Of a DNA stretch of 64,000 bases, positions 47,991 to 59,654 are shown piece after piece. How positions within the stretch are numbered: the first letter of the stretch is position 1; each line of letters opens with the position of its first letter. A program made the translations under genes and the position numbers. The notes beneath the pieces are model-generated. The model was not told where the DNA came from. It saw only the letters and a program-made list of their open reading frames with translations, and searched no databases. The stretch is taken from contig CALGGJ010000069.1 in NCBI GenBank assembly GCA_937915745.1, positions 5,544-69,543 of the forward strand. The letters run 5' to 3'. The DNA comes from an uncultured Prevotellaceae bacterium. Lineage in GTDB: Bacteria > Bacteroidota > Bacteroidia > Bacteroidales > Bacteroidaceae.

Positions 47991-49256
47991 ATGAAAGTAA
48001 AACCTTTTTATGGTATTCGACCACCTCGTCAATATGTGGAACTCGTAGAAAGCCGTCCATATGATGTTCTCAGTTCCGATGAGGCACGCCAAGAGGTTGG
48101 CACGAACCCTATGTCGCTCTATCATATAATAAAGCCTGAGGTAAATTTTGAGATAGGTACGAGCGAATACGACCCCCGTGTGTATGACGAAGGGAAACGT
48201 CAATTTCAAATGTTCCAGGACCGTGGATGGCTCGTCAAAGACTCCAAGGAACAATACTATCTTTATGCCCAGACTGCATCATTTCCTGCAACAGGCAATG
48301 TAGAGAAGACGCAATATGGTATTGTGCTATGTGTGCATAGCGATGATTATATTTCGGGAGCAATTAAGAAACACGAACTCACACGTGCCGACAAGGAAGA
48401 AGACCGCATGAAACACATACGTGCAACAGATGCAAACATCGAACCCGTATTCTTTGCCTATCCTGACAACCCTACCCTGCTGCAAATCATCGACCGTTAC
48501 TCTCATACAGAGCCTGAGTACGATTTCGTTGCTCCAATCGACCGATTCAGACATCAGTTGTGGTGTATATCATCCGATTCAGACATCGCTGCAATCACAC
48601 GCGAATTTAGACAGATGCCTTCCATGTATATTGCCGATGGTCATCATCGCAGTGCAGCCGCTGCACTTGTGGGAGCAGAACGTGCACAGCTTAATCCCAA
48701 CCATAGAGGCGATGAAGAATACAACTACTTCATGGCAGTATGCTTCCCCGCCAGTCAACTCACAATTCTCGACTACAATCGTGTTATACGAGACCTGAAT
48801 GGGCTTTCTCCCTGTCAATTCATAGATGCGCTACAACATTATTTCCATGTTGAGAACAAAGGTTCGGAAGAATATCGTCCACATCGTTTACATGAATTCT
48901 CCCTATATCTCGACGAGCAGTGGTATAGCCTGACTGCCAAACCTTGTGCATACGACGACTCCGACCCCATTGATAAGCTAGATGTAAGCATTTCATCACG
49001 ACTTATTTTCGATCAAATACTTGGCATACACGACCTTAGGCGCGACAACCGTATAGATTTCGTGGGCGGGCTGCGAGGGCTTGGCGAGCTGAGACGTCGA
49101 GTTGACTCTGGCGAAATGCGTATAGCACTTGCACTATATCCTGTAACCATGCAGCAGATAATGGATATTGCCGATTTGGGCAAGATAATGCCGCCCAAAG
49201 CCACATGGTTTGAGCCTAAATTACGTTCAGGCCTTGTGATACACAAGCTTGATTGA
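47991..49256 (+). CDS. DUF1015 family protein
   Basis: 421 aa. The family-typical IADGHHR motif, and a position after serA as commonly seen in Bacteroidota. Confidence 0.7.
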   Translation: MKVKPFYGIRPPRQYVELVESRPYDVLSSDEARQEVGTNPMSLYHIIKPEVNFEIGTSEYDPRVYDEGKRQFQMFQDRGWLVKDSKEQYYLYAQTASFPATGNVEKTQYGIVLCVHSDDYISGAIKKHELTRADKEEDRMKHIRATDANIEPVFFAYPDNPTLLQIIDRYSHTEPEYDFVAPIDRFRHQLWCISSDSDIAAITREFRQMPSMYIADGHHRSAAAALVGAERAQLNPNHRGDEEYNYFMAVCFPASQLTILDYNRVIRDLNGLSPCQFIDALQHYFHVENKGSEEYRPHRLHEFSLYLDEQWYSLTAKPCAYDDSDPIDKLDVSISSRLIFDQILGIHDLRRDNRIDFVGGLRGLGELRRRVDSGEMRIALALYPVTMQQIMDIADLGKIMPPKATWFEPKLRSGLVIHKLD

Positions 49257-49266
49257 CAAAAAGCAG

Positions 49267-49866
49267 ATGGACACATATCTCACCATACTCAATCCATCGC
49301 AAGGAACCTACACCCAACTCCGTAGTAAGTTCCTTGCTTTTGCCTATCCCGTCGAGACAGAGGAAGAGGTGAAGCAATATGTGGCAGCAATACAGAAGAA
49401 ATACTATGATGCACGTCATGCATGTTATGCCTATATGCTTGGAGCCGACCGCAGACGTTTTCGTGCAAACGATGACGGAGAGCCGTCGGGCACTGCAGGT
49501 AAGCCAATACTGGGACAAATTAACTCAAACAAACTTACTAACATACTCATCATCGTCATACGCTACTTTGGAGGAGTCAAACTTGGTACGAGCCGACTCA
49601 TTCAAGCATACCGACAGGCAGCAGCCGAAGCAATCAGTGCAGCCGACATCATCGAAAAAACAATAGACCAGACCATAACCATCACCTTTCCATTCCCATC
49701 GATGAATGCTGTGATGAAAATCGTAAAAGACCTTGAGCCGCAAATAGTCGGGCAAGGCTATGCCTTTGACAAGTCGATAATGACGCTAACGGTCCGGATC
49801 AGTCAGATGCCCGTTCTGATGACACGACTCCACAACATACCCCAGCTCACAATTATCGAAAACTGA
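49267..49866 (+). CDS. YigZ/IMPACT family protein
   Basis: RHACYAYMLG and DDGEPSGTAGKPIL motifs. ATG at 49267 preferred over the TTG at 49249 used by the ORF track. Confidence 0.8.
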   Translation: MDTYLTILNPSQGTYTQLRSKFLAFAYPVETEEEVKQYVAAIQKKYYDARHACYAYMLGADRRRFRANDDGEPSGTAGKPILGQINSNKLTNILIIVIRYFGGVKLGTSRLIQAYRQAAAEAISAADIIEKTIDQTITITFPFPSMNAVMKIVKDLEPQIVGQGYAFDKSIMTLTVRISQMPVLMTRLHNIPQLTIIEN

Positions 49867-49877
49867 AAAAAACCGAC

Positions 49878-50927
49878 ATGTACAACCCGAAACATATACG
49901 TATATCATGCATCACCCTACTTGCAACTATAAGCATTGCTGCAGGTGTGGTTGCACACATGATATGCCATAAGCTTAACCCCGCAACCGACACGTATCTC
50001 TATATAGACAGTGACGACGATATCGACAGCGTCTGCCATAAAATCAATCAAATCCAAGCAGACGTATCGCTCACAGCCTTCCGATGGCTCTCTACCTATA
50101 CACACTACAATCGTCACATACATGCCGGGCGCTACCACGTGAGCAATCAGCAAAACACCCTCGACCTCTTTCGCAACCTGCGCAGCCATAACAGTAGCCC
50201 CATATCCCTTGTAGTACCATCGGTGCGAAGCGTCGAGATGCTCGTAGCACGCGTGTCCCAACAACTCATGATAGACTCAACAACACTGTCGGACTACTGC
50301 AACAATCCCGACACATGGGCCCGTCTGGGCTATACACACGCCACATTTTCAGCCCTCTTTATACCCGACACCTATGAGGTGTATTGGGAAACGACGGCAG
50401 AGTCGTTCATCGATCGCATGAAACAAGTCAACCGCCAATTCTGGAACAAGAGCCGGATGAATAAAGCCCAACAAATAGGGCTCACACACGAAGAAGTAAT
50501 AACACTAGCCAGCATTGTAGATAGCGAAACTGCCAACAATGCAGAGAAACCACGCATTGCCGGACTATATATCAACCGACTTAAGCTCGGCATGCCCCTT
50601 CAGAGCGACCCTACCGTGATATATGCAGTAGGCGACTACAGCATACGTCGAGTACTCAACACCCACTTGCAGACACCATCACCTTACAACACCTATCTGC
50701 ACTGCGGACTGCCCCCCGGACCAATACGAATACCCACTATAGCCGGCATCGATGCTGTACTCAACTACGAGCATCACTCTTATCTCTATATGTGTGCAAA
50801 AGAGGACTTCTCGGGCACACACAACTTCGCTACCACATACGCACAACACCTTGTCAATGCACGGAAATACACAAAAGCCCTAACCGACAATATAAAATAT
50901 CACAAACAACACCATGCAACACCATGA
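49878..50927 (+). CDS. mltG: endolytic murein transglycosylase (YceG-like)
   Basis: 349 aa. N-terminal TM anchor, then ASIVDSETA, NRL..GMPLQSDPTVIY and YNTY..GLPPGPI motifs. Confidence 0.85.
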   Translation: MYNPKHIRISCITLLATISIAAGVVAHMICHKLNPATDTYLYIDSDDDIDSVCHKINQIQADVSLTAFRWLSTYTHYNRHIHAGRYHVSNQQNTLDLFRNLRSHNSSPISLVVPSVRSVEMLVARVSQQLMIDSTTLSDYCNNPDTWARLGYTHATFSALFIPDTYEVYWETTAESFIDRMKQVNRQFWNKSRMNKAQQIGLTHEEVITLASIVDSETANNAEKPRIAGLYINRLKLGMPLQSDPTVIYAVGDYSIRRVLNTHLQTPSPYNTYLHCGLPPGPIRIPTIAGIDAVLNYEHHSYLYMCAKEDFSGTHNFATTYAQHLVNARKYTKALTDNIKYHKQHHATP

Positions 50928-51076
50928 AACGACACAGCCTACGCTTCGCCATGCCACCAGGAACTCGACGTACATAATCATTGAGATATGATAAGACCCT
51001 GTTCTCATTCATATACATGAAAGAAGCGTATAGATGACATTCATGATTTCACACCACCATCAAAACACAAACATAT

Positions 51077-51106
51077 CAGCCATCATAAAACTATTGGCTG
51101 TTTTTT
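51077..51106 (+). terminator. hairpin plus T6 between convergent mltG and secA
   Basis: CAGCCA-12 nt-TGGCTG followed by TTTTTT. Confidence 0.5.
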
Positions 51107-51111
51107 ATTGG

Positions 51112-54100
51112 TCAGACAGTCGGGATGCTGCGTCCGTGGCAGTTCTTGAATTTCTTTCCGCTGCCGCACGGACAAGGGTCGTTACGGCCAATTTTTGGTT
51201 GATCGTGGCGTATGGGTGTCTGTGGCTGTTGTGTACGCGTGTCGCCCGCTGCTGCTTGTTGCATGGCTCGCTGGGTGTCTGACGGTGCGTTGAGATCTTG
51301 TTTAGTCTCTACATATTGGGGGCGTCGCGGTTGCTGTGGTGCGGTGGGTGCTTGTCGCACTTGTTCGGGGTCTGCAAGTGGGAGCGTGCAGCGCATGAGC
51401 ACTGATATCGTCTGGTCGTTGATTTCGTCTATCATGTTGTCAAAGAGGGTGACGCTCTCGAGCTTGAAGATGAGTAGAGGGTCTTTTTGTTCGTAGCTGG
51501 CGTTCTGGACAGAATGTTTAAGTTCGTCAAGCTGTCTCAGGTTTTCTTGCCAGGCTTCGTCAATGGTGTGTAGCAGGATGAGTTTCTGGAATGTGGTGAA
51601 AATGTTATTTGCTTGCTGGTCATAGGTGTCTTTGAGTGGAAGGCTGATGTTGTATGCACGACGTCCGTCGGTGAGGGGTATCATGATGTTTTCGTACATG
51701 TATCCTTTTTCTTCATAGACGTTCTTTATGACTGGCCAAGCTTGTGTGGCCAGTCGTTGGCTTCGGGTTTTGAAGTGTTCAAGTACGGTGTCGTATGTAT
51801 GGTCTATGACCTGTTGGCGGTTGTCTTCGAACTGCTGAGCCGTGAAGGGCAGTTCGAAGGCGAAGAGGCGGAGGAATTGCTCTTTACAGCCCTCGAAGTC
51901 GTTTTCTGTTATCACTTTGTTCACACGGTCGAAGATGATATTGCTGATGTCCATCCCGATTCGTTCGCCCATGAGTGCATGCCTACGCCGTTCGTAGATT
52001 ACCTTGCGTTGTTTGTTCATTACGTCGTCGTATTCGAGCAGTCGTTTGCGAATTCCGAAGTTGTTTTCTTCGACTTTCTTTTGTGCCCGTTCTATCGACT
52101 TGTTTATCATAGGATGTTCTATCATCTCACCATCTTCAAATCCCATATGGTCCATTATCTTGGCGATGCGGTCGGATGCGAACAGTCGCATGAGTTTGTC
52201 TTCAAGGCTGACGTAGAACACTGAGGATCCGGGGTCGCCTTGTCGTCCGGAGCGTCCACGCAGCTGTCTATCTACTCGTCTGGACTCGTGGCGCTCAGTA
52301 CCGATGATGGCGAGTCCGCCGGCGGCCCTGACTTGGGGCGAGAGTTTGATATCGGTACCGCGGCCTGCCATATTGGTTGCTATAGTAACTTTGCTCGATT
52401 GGCCTGCATCTTTGACGATGTCAGCCTCGCGTGCATGGAGTTTGGCATTAAGCACATTGTGAGGTATCTTGCGCATAGTGAGCATTTTGCTGAGCATCTC
52501 GCTTATTTCGACGCTGGTGGTTCCTACAAGCACGGGACGTCCGGCTTGTATGAGTCGCTGGATTTCTTCGATTACGGCTTTGTATTTCTCGCGATTGGTC
52601 TTATATACGCGGTCGTTTTGGTCGTCGCGTATGACTGGCACGTTGGTAGGTATTTCGACGACATCGAGTTTGTATATATCCCAGAATTCGCCGGCTTCAG
52701 TGATGGCTGTACCTGTCATACCTGCGAGTTTGTGGTACATGCGGAAATAGTTTTGCAGTGTGATTGTGGCATAGGTTTGTGTAGCAGCCTCGACTTTCAC
52801 TCGTTCCTTGGCTTCTACTGCCTGGTGGAGTCCGTCGCTCCATCGGCGCCCTTCCATTATGCGTCCGGTCTGCTCGTCAACTATCTTTACTTCACCGTCG
52901 ATGACGACGTAATCATCATCTATTTCGAACATGGTGTATGCTTTGAGCAGTTGTTGCATGGTATGGACACGTTCGGATTTCACTGCATAGTCTTGCATGA
53001 GTTGGTCCTTACGTGTAAGTCGTTCTTCGTCGGTTAGTCCTTGTATGCCTTCGAGTTCGGACAGTTGTGATGTGATGTCGGGCAGGACGAAGAAAGCATC
53101 GTCTTTCACTATGTCGGCAATGAGTTGGTTGCCTTTATCGGTCATCTCTACTGTCTTTTGTTTTTCGTCGCACACAAAGAATAATGGGTCGGTTGCTTCC
53201 GGCATACGTCGGTTGTTGTTTTCCATGTATATCTCTTCGGTTTTGAGCAGTCCGGTCTTGATACCTGGCTCGGAGAGGTATTTTATGAGTGCCTTGTTTT
53301 TTGGCAGGGCTTTATATGCACGGAAGAGTGAGAGGAATCCGGCTTCAATATCTTTCTGGTCGTCGGAGTCGATGAGTTTCTTTGCCTCGGCAAGGTATTG
53401 GGTGGCTTGTTTGCGTTGTGCTTCGACGAGTTTCTCTATGTATGGACAGAATTGCTCAAACATCTGGTCATCGCCTTTGGGCACTGGCCCGGAAATGATG
53501 AGTGGTGTTCGTGCATCGTCTATAAGTACAGAATCGACTTCATCGACGATGGCATAGTTGTGCTTACGTTGCACGAGGTCTTCGGGACGCATAGCCATGT
53601 TGTCGCGCAGGTAGTCGAATCCAAACTCGTTATTTGTGCCGTAGGTGACGTCTGCCTGATATGCACGTCGTCGTGCAGGAGAGTTGGGTTGGTGCTTGTC
53701 AATGCAATCGACGTTGAGTTGGTGGAACAGGAATACAGGCGAGTTCCATTCAGAGTCGCGTTTGGCAAGGTAGTCGTTGACTGTAACGACATGCACCCCG
53801 TTTCCTGTAAGTGCATTGAGAAATACGGGCAGTATTGATGTGAGGGTTTTACCTTCACCGGTCATCATCTCTGCAATTTTTCCTTGATGGAGTACAACTC
53901 CTCCAAATAGCTGGCAGTCATAAGGTATCCATATATTCGGAGCCCCGTCGAATACTTCGTGGATGAGTACTTTGCCATCTACAATCTCGACCACACCAGG
54001 GTAGCGCGTTACGGCCTCCAGGTCGAAATCGGTTGGTGTGAGTGCGAGGTCTTCGATGGTCTTTGCTTCCCGGAAACGTCGGCATGTGTCTTTCACTATG

Positions 54101-54435
54101 GCATAGACGGTAGGCATGATTTCGTCGAGTTTGTGGTCGAACACCTCGACTATCTGTTCTTCGAGTTTATCTATCTTTTCAAATAAAGGTGCCCTATCTT
54201 GTATCTCGGTTTGCTCTATTTGAGCTTTGATTTCGTCTATCTGACGACGCAAACCGGTGGCCGACTCTTGTATCTCATTGCGTAATTGCTGTGTCTTAGC
54301 TCGCAACTCGTCGTTCGACAACTGGCGCATCTGAGGATAAATACTGTTGATTTCCTCTACAAACGGACGTATAGCCCTGATATCTCTTTGTGCTTTGTTG
54401 CCAAAGAGTTTGGTCATAAATTCGTTGAAACCCAT
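51112..54435 (-). CDS. secA: preprotein translocase ATPase subunit SecA
   Basis: 1107 aa. DEAD-motor motifs ([37 protein letters not shown]) and a C-terminal Zn motif [14 protein letters not shown]. Confidence 0.95.
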   Translation of the reverse strand: MGFNEFMTKLFGNKAQRDIRAIRPFVEEINSIYPQMRQLSNDELRAKTQQLRNEIQESATGLRRQIDEIKAQIEQTEIQDRAPLFEKIDKLEEQIVEVFDHKLDEIMPTVYAIVKDTCRRFREAKTIEDLALTPTDFDLEAVTRYPGVVEIVDGKVLIHEVFDGAPNIWIPYDCQLFGGVVLHQGKIAEMMTGEGKTLTSILPVFLNALTGNGVHVVTVNDYLAKRDSEWNSPVFLFHQLNVDCIDKHQPNSPARRRAYQADVTYGTNNEFGFDYLRDNMAMRPEDLVQRKHNYAIVDEVDSVLIDDARTPLIISGPVPKGDDQMFEQFCPYIEKLVEAQRKQATQYLAEAKKLIDSDDQKDIEAGFLSLFRAYKALPKNKALIKYLSEPGIKTGLLKTEEIYMENNNRRMPEATDPLFFVCDEKQKTVEMTDKGNQLIADIVKDDAFFVLPDITSQLSELEGIQGLTDEERLTRKDQLMQDYAVKSERVHTMQQLLKAYTMFEIDDDYVVIDGEVKIVDEQTGRIMEGRRWSDGLHQAVEAKERVKVEAATQTYATITLQNYFRMYHKLAGMTGTAITEAGEFWDIYKLDVVEIPTNVPVIRDDQNDRVYKTNREKYKAVIEEIQRLIQAGRPVLVGTTSVEISEMLSKMLTMRKIPHNVLNAKLHAREADIVKDAGQSSKVTIATNMAGRGTDIKLSPQVRAAGGLAIIGTERHESRRVDRQLRGRSGRQGDPGSSVFYVSLEDKLMRLFASDRIAKIMDHMGFEDGEMIEHPMINKSIERAQKKVEENNFGIRKRLLEYDDVMNKQRKVIYERRRHALMGERIGMDISNIIFDRVNKVITENDFEGCKEQFLRLFAFELPFTAQQFEDNRQQVIDHTYDTVLEHFKTRSQRLATQAWPVIKNVYEEKGYMYENIMIPLTDGRRAYNISLPLKDTYDQQANNIFTTFQKLILLHTIDEAWQENLRQLDELKHSVQNASYEQKDPLLIFKLESVTLFDNMIDEINDQTISVLMRCTLPLADPEQVRQAPTAPQQPRRPQYVETKQDLNAPSDTQRAMQQAAAGDTRTQQPQTPIRHDQPKIGRNDPCPCGSGKKFKNCHGRSIPTV

Positions 54436-54460
54436 CTATATTTATTTGTTTGATTTAATA

Positions 54461-55696
54461 TTAGTGTTGTCTTGAGTGCAAAGTTAGGTATTTTTGTCTA
54501 TTTAACCAAATATTTACAAGAACTCTTACCAACAAAGTTGATACCAATGGCCAAATGGCAAAATCGACATGTTGCCGGACAGTAAAAATGGCAAGAAAGA
54601 ACAGGATGAATTCTGCCAATATTACATAAGAGATGAATGTGACATGCCTTCGCACTACAAATGGTATCCAGATTAGTGGCAGAGGGTTAAACAATATCAC
54701 CAACATATTTGTACTGACCCCAGCGTGTTCGGAACAGAAATAAAGGAAACTTATAAGCAGGCCAGCCAAGCCAACGGGCACACACATGATGACATCAACC
54801 CACTTGAATGTCTTGTTGCGTCGTATTTCGAATATACTAAGCAATGTAATTGCGACAAAAAGCAGGAGAAAGCATGTGAAAGGTGGGTCGATGGGTGCGT
54901 GGATGTTGCTTGTTTCGGGCTTCAGCACTTCGTGGGCTGCGCTTATCAATGGAACTACATATGTTGCATTTGCCGTGCTGTCGGATATCTGTGTGCGTTC
55001 TATCACTGCCGAGCTGGCATATTGTTGAAACATTGATGGAAGGAACATGGTTTGTCGGTATGTCAGTGGTTGGTCGATCTCATATCCCAGCAGCAGGTTC
55101 TGCCCGAATTCGACCCAACGGTCGGCACTCGCAAAGCCATGTAACATCTGTCTTGCAGAAGGAGTCGCTGTATCACTGTCGTTATCAAGGAGCGTATAGC
55201 CATACACTATCCGACCATTAACCGCACGTTCAATGGCATCGCGTGCCCGAGTGGTACAGTTGTCGTAGAGCCAGTTGTAACGATATGTACGGTTCCGTGG
55301 TTGGATATTTACCCACAGGATGTCGTACAACTGCCAATATTCGTCTTGAGTAAAGTTTAAGATTTGCTCTTCTATACCCATTCCCTTCTCACGGTATCGA
55401 CCGAAAAAGTAGTCGGCAGGCTCCGCACCCAGTATGTAGTCGGTCTCGCCTTTCACAAACTTATAGACAAAGTTGTCTTCATCAAAGTTGAACATCCCGT
55501 AGTTGAACACCACGTCCTTATTCGTAGTAAGATTATGTACCCTGATTGCAGAATGTCCATACATGGTGTATGCAATGTCGCCCGGAGAGCACGTCAGCAA
55601 TGATATGCACAATGAATCGCGCTGGCCGGCCCATATCCTGTCGGCATGACTGCCAGCTAATATGATGATGAACAATATTAAGAATAATCGTTTCAT
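54461..55696 (-). CDS. DUF4105 (Lnb N-terminal periplasmic domain) membrane protein
   Basis: 411 aa. N-terminal domain with SLLTCSPGDIAYTMYGHSAIRV and a C-terminal block of TM helices. Confidence 0.6.
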   Translation of the reverse strand: MKRLFLILFIIILAGSHADRIWAGQRDSLCISLLTCSPGDIAYTMYGHSAIRVHNLTTNKDVVFNYGMFNFDEDNFVYKFVKGETDYILGAEPADYFFGRYREKGMGIEEQILNFTQDEYWQLYDILWVNIQPRNRTYRYNWLYDNCTTRARDAIERAVNGRIVYGYTLLDNDSDTATPSARQMLHGFASADRWVEFGQNLLLGYEIDQPLTYRQTMFLPSMFQQYASSAVIERTQISDSTANATYVVPLISAAHEVLKPETSNIHAPIDPPFTCFLLLFVAITLLSIFEIRRNKTFKWVDVIMCVPVGLAGLLISFLYFCSEHAGVSTNMLVILFNPLPLIWIPFVVRRHVTFISYVILAEFILFFLAIFTVRQHVDFAIWPLVSTLLVRVLVNIWLNRQKYLTLHSRQH

Positions 55697-56925
55697 TTAA
55701 GTGATTCCAATGCTTTTAGTTCATCACCTTTATTGAGACGGAAATAAATTTCTTTGAGGTCGGCCATCCACAGCGACAGGTCGTCAGGACTATATTGCCG
55801 TGCTTTCTCAAAATTCTTTCGGGCTTCTTCATACAGCTCATCCTGCTTTTGTTTTGCTCCGGCATATTCAGGGGTCCCCACGGCAAAGTGGTTGTTTTCG
55901 TAAGCAAGGCGTGCTTTATCTATATAAATACCACCTAAACTGGCATACGAGCGTGCGTCGTTCTCTTGTATTTCAATAGCATGCCTGTAGCTGCTGATTG
56001 CAGAGTCAACCGAGTCAAGACCTTGTTCACATTTACCTCGTAGATACCAGAGCAATCTGTTCTGCGGCATAATCTTAAGTTGCGACGTCACTACATGATA
56101 TGCATCGGCATAATTGTGACGTCCGTTGTAGTAGTCGAGCAGCGTGATATAAAAATATTCTTGCATAGGGTCGGCCTTCCATCCCCTGTAAAGATAAGGT
56201 AACGCACGGATGGTGTCGGCCAAAGCCATTTGTGTGCGGCTCCCGATTTGACACAAGGTTGTCATATCTGTATCTTCGGTCATGCATTGTGGCAAATATA
56301 TTAAAACATTGTTGTATTGTCCTGCATTATAAGCCGAATACACGGCCATGCGCATTATTTCGATGCTGTCGATGTCGGACTTGAAGTTTTTCAGAGTTTC
56401 GAGTGCCGGATGGTGCTGTGTCTGTAGATAGATATTGAAAAAACGGAATGACTCATTGTATTTTTTCTTCATATAGAAGTATTTTCCGCCGCTCTTTATA
56501 TTGTTTCTGTATGCCATGAGTTGTGTTGCAACACCCGATGTATGTTGAGGCTTTACCCTACCCTTTTCGTCGGGCAGACGGTCAAGACTGTCGGTTGATA
56601 TTGCATATTGATATACTTTGTATATGCAAGAAAAATATTTGGCAGTATCGGGCTTGCTGGCAAGAAAAATCTTGCGGTTTTCTGCGTCTGCCAGTCCATG
56701 TTGTACACCCATCATCAGGTAATTCAGGGTGATGTCGGCTTTAGCAGCAGGGTCGGCTTTCATCGATTTGCTTATGAGGTCCTCGGCTTGAGCATACTTC
56801 TCGGCTTTTATGTAGGCACGTACTTCTTTCTGTGTTTTCTTCGGGTTATATACAGACGACACCTGTGCCCTGACAGAACATGTTGTCAGCAGCAATATAA
56901 TAGTCAGATGGATTCCTGTTCTCAT
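55693..56925 (-). CDS. TPR-repeat protein, secreted
   Basis: 410 aa with a signal peptide. Repeated 34-aa Ala/Tyr-rich helical pattern. The stop overlaps the start of the downstream gene by 4 nt. Confidence 0.55.
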   Translation of the reverse strand: MRTGIHLTIILLLTTCSVRAQVSSVYNPKKTQKEVRAYIKAEKYAQAEDLISKSMKADPAAKADITLNYLMMGVQHGLADAENRKIFLASKPDTAKYFSCIYKVYQYAISTDSLDRLPDEKGRVKPQHTSGVATQLMAYRNNIKSGGKYFYMKKKYNESFRFFNIYLQTQHHPALETLKNFKSDIDSIEIMRMAVYSAYNAGQYNNVLIYLPQCMTEDTDMTTLCQIGSRTQMALADTIRALPYLYRGWKADPMQEYFYITLLDYYNGRHNYADAYHVVTSQLKIMPQNRLLWYLRGKCEQGLDSVDSAISSYRHAIEIQENDARSYASLGGIYIDKARLAYENNHFAVGTPEYAGAKQKQDELYEEARKNFEKARQYSPDDLSLWMADLKEIYFRLNKGDELKALESLK

Positions 56926-56959
56926 ATGTGTGCGTGTTTGGATTATCTCGGAAAAAGTA

Positions 56960-59560
56960 TCAGAATGTCATGCGCACATTGCCCCGTATGCCCCAGCGGT
57001 TGGTTCCCACGTCGTTGAGGTATGTGAGTCGGCGGACGTACTCTATATGTATGAGTTTGAATATGTTGTGTATGCCAAGCCGCAGTTCTATGTATGGAGT
57101 TTTTTTGTCCATCACCACTGTGTTGCATTCGTATGTGCCGTCAGCCTTGAAATGTCCTGGAAAATAGAACAGGTTGGTGTTATCTCCGGCTTTTGCCGGA
57201 TTATTTTTGTCGGTCAGTGTACCCCACAATAAGTTGACACCTACCATTTCCCTCCATTTCAGTTTCCTGAGCAGTGGTATGCGGTTGAACAGTTTACCAT
57301 TAAAATCCCACGAATACATTGCCGATAGATACCGGTCGTTTAGGAACTCCAAGTTGCTGATGAGCGAGAACGTGTTGTCTTCAAGTATATACGATTGGTT
57401 TGCAGCCGGATGTATGAGCAGAGGGAATGGTACTTTGCTCCATTGTATGCCTCCCTTGATATTAAAATCCATCTTACCCCAGTTGTTTGGCATCCAGAAT
57501 CGCTTGTATATTTCAAACTCGGTCACATTATAGTCGTATTCGCCACCCAGCACATTGTCGAAACCCATTGTTTGACCCACTGTTATTATCGGTGCATCGT
57601 TGTTTATCTTCAACCGTCGCTGTTTGGTGTTGACGTATGTTGCCCCAGGCTCAAACGATATTGATGCTTTCAGTTCGGTAGTCGTCATGCTACGTAGCCA
57701 CTGTGCGGGGTCGGGGGATGGCAACGGGTTGTTTCCCAGGGGCTGATAGAACATTGCATCGACCGGTTTGTTTTTGGTATGAGTAGCCGTCAGGTTGAAT
57801 TTCAGGCCATTTTCGTATTCTCGATCGTACTGTACTTTTACTTCCTTCGTATGATTGTATTGGTCAACATCGCTTGCTTTTAACGACAGAAACATGTTGT
57901 CTTTGTCGGTAGGAATGAACTTGTCGAATGGACTCACTATATCGTTCAGATATGTAATCGACAAATTATTCATTGGGAATTCGCGTGGCAGATATGCTTT
58001 TTTGTTGAACGAATAGAGCAGCTGGGCCTTGCCATAGATATTGTGTGAGTGGGTTCCATAAGCAATATATCCACTTGCAAAGAAGTGTGGCGACAGGTTG
58101 GCATTTGTCAGAGCCGAAGCCCTGAAGCGGAGGCGGTCGTAGTGATTGTGTGATATAATTGTGTTAACAGGGCCAATGTCAACATAGTTGGGGTGTATCG
58201 AGTCACCCGTCTCAACAAAATTTTCCACAAGCGACTTGAATGCGAATATCATATACTTGAATCCTTTTACATTTTGCAGTCGGTCGAGAAAGGAGTCCAT
58301 GTTGCGTTCGCTCTTTGTAAGCTCCACTTCGCGGTATTCGTTCCAGAAAGCCTCGTCCTGCATCTCAGCATCGGGTTCCTTGAATACAGTGCCTTTTATG
58401 TGTTTGAATACTTTGGGCTGAATTTCATCGAATGAGTAGTTTGTGTTTCTTATCACGCGTTGTACTTGCAGTTTGCTGAGGAAAGAGGCCAGTTTCAATT
58501 CGACAAGCATGTCGTTGTTCACTACAGCTCGTTCGCCCGAAGGTAGTTCGGCGAAGTCTTGTGTGATTATCATATTTTCCACAAAATTGACATCACTGCG
58601 CGCGGGTATTCTCAATTCTGCACGACGCACTTGATATGTTGAGTCGTTCATGATGTATAGCAGGCCCGAGAAACCGAAATCCTGAGGGTTATTTGGCTGG
58701 AATCCGATTTCTATCACTTTATCGTTGTCGATGAGGGTTGTGTCTTGTATGTAATAGCGGTAAAAGCTGATGGCACTGCTGGAAATAGGACTTTTAAATG
58801 GGTATTGTAGCAGTCGGCATTCGTTGTCGTATATATCCACGTCGGTAAATACGTCTTTCAGGGTGGTTGTCAGAATCTCGCCTGTATTTACCAATTCGTT
58901 CACACCCTTGCTGCTTTGAGCCTTTATCACGGTCTTTTCCGTCTTAGGGCTTTTCCTGTAAAGTATTTCCGACAGAGTCTCATCGACGGTGAGTGGCAGT
59001 ATGAGTTTTCCTGTTTCCTTGCTGCGTTCTACATGGTCTTTGAGGAAGGCGAAACGTTTCATTTCGTTTTCTTCAAAGATTTTTTCGGTAAACTCGTTGA
59101 GCGAGAAAACCATCTTTTCGTATTTCGTGTATGTGCAGAATTCTTTCTGATGCAGGTCGTTCATGCGTTTATGCTCTATCACCTTGCGCATGAGTTCTAC
59201 TGCAGGGTTGTCTTTGCGGCTGTATCTGGAGCGTTGGCCTTCAACGGATACCACTCCTAGTTCGTGGGGTGTACTCTCCAGTCTTACCGTTATGTTTTTT
59301 TTCTTTCCAGGTGTGAGTTGTATTTTTTGGGTTACGTATCCCAGAGACGATACTGTCAATACGTTCCAGTTATCGTTTTCGCGTATCACGAAGCGGCCTT
59401 TCTCATCGGCCATATCGCCTACGTTATGTCCTTCGTAATACACATTGGCATATTCTATTGGTTTGCGTGTCTTCGAGTCAACAACAGTGCCTGTCACTTG
59501 AGCCGCTCCCTCAAGTGACAAGCACATCAATATATGTGTTATGATTGTCCTAATCTTCAA
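56960..59560 (-). CDS. carboxypeptidase-regulatory-like domain plus DUF5686 outer-membrane protein
   Basis: 866 aa with a TTG start. N-terminal GTVVDSKTRKPIEYANVY...DEKGRFVI (CarboxypepD_reg-like). Long beta-rich C-terminal region ending in an aromatic residue (VRMTF). Confidence 0.6.
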   Translation of the reverse strand: MKIRTIITHILMCLSLEGAAQVTGTVVDSKTRKPIEYANVYYEGHNVGDMADEKGRFVIRENDNWNVLTVSSLGYVTQKIQLTPGKKKNITVRLESTPHELGVVSVEGQRSRYSRKDNPAVELMRKVIEHKRMNDLHQKEFCTYTKYEKMVFSLNEFTEKIFEENEMKRFAFLKDHVERSKETGKLILPLTVDETLSEILYRKSPKTEKTVIKAQSSKGVNELVNTGEILTTTLKDVFTDVDIYDNECRLLQYPFKSPISSSAISFYRYYIQDTTLIDNDKVIEIGFQPNNPQDFGFSGLLYIMNDSTYQVRRAELRIPARSDVNFVENMIITQDFAELPSGERAVVNNDMLVELKLASFLSKLQVQRVIRNTNYSFDEIQPKVFKHIKGTVFKEPDAEMQDEAFWNEYREVELTKSERNMDSFLDRLQNVKGFKYMIFAFKSLVENFVETGDSIHPNYVDIGPVNTIISHNHYDRLRFRASALTNANLSPHFFASGYIAYGTHSHNIYGKAQLLYSFNKKAYLPREFPMNNLSITYLNDIVSPFDKFIPTDKDNMFLSLKASDVDQYNHTKEVKVQYDREYENGLKFNLTATHTKNKPVDAMFYQPLGNNPLPSPDPAQWLRSMTTTELKASISFEPGATYVNTKQRRLKINNDAPIITVGQTMGFDNVLGGEYDYNVTEFEIYKRFWMPNNWGKMDFNIKGGIQWSKVPFPLLIHPAANQSYILEDNTFSLISNLEFLNDRYLSAMYSWDFNGKLFNRIPLLRKLKWREMVGVNLLWGTLTDKNNPAKAGDNTNLFYFPGHFKADGTYECNTVVMDKKTPYIELRLGIHNIFKLIHIEYVRRLTYLNDVGTNRWGIRGNVRMTF

Positions 59561-59654
59561 TTGTAAATAAATTTAATGTTTGATAAATTCAGACCTTTTC
59601 TCGCCATTCCAAGGTGAGCAGGTTCCCTATTGTCATTTGGCTTAACGAAAAGGT

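Noticed and set aside
51613-53557. Several long plus-strand ORFs (203, 265 and 186 aa) antisense to secA.
   Set aside because: These are antisense shadow ORFs inside a highly conserved gene, with hydrophobic or Cys/Phe-rich nonsense composition.
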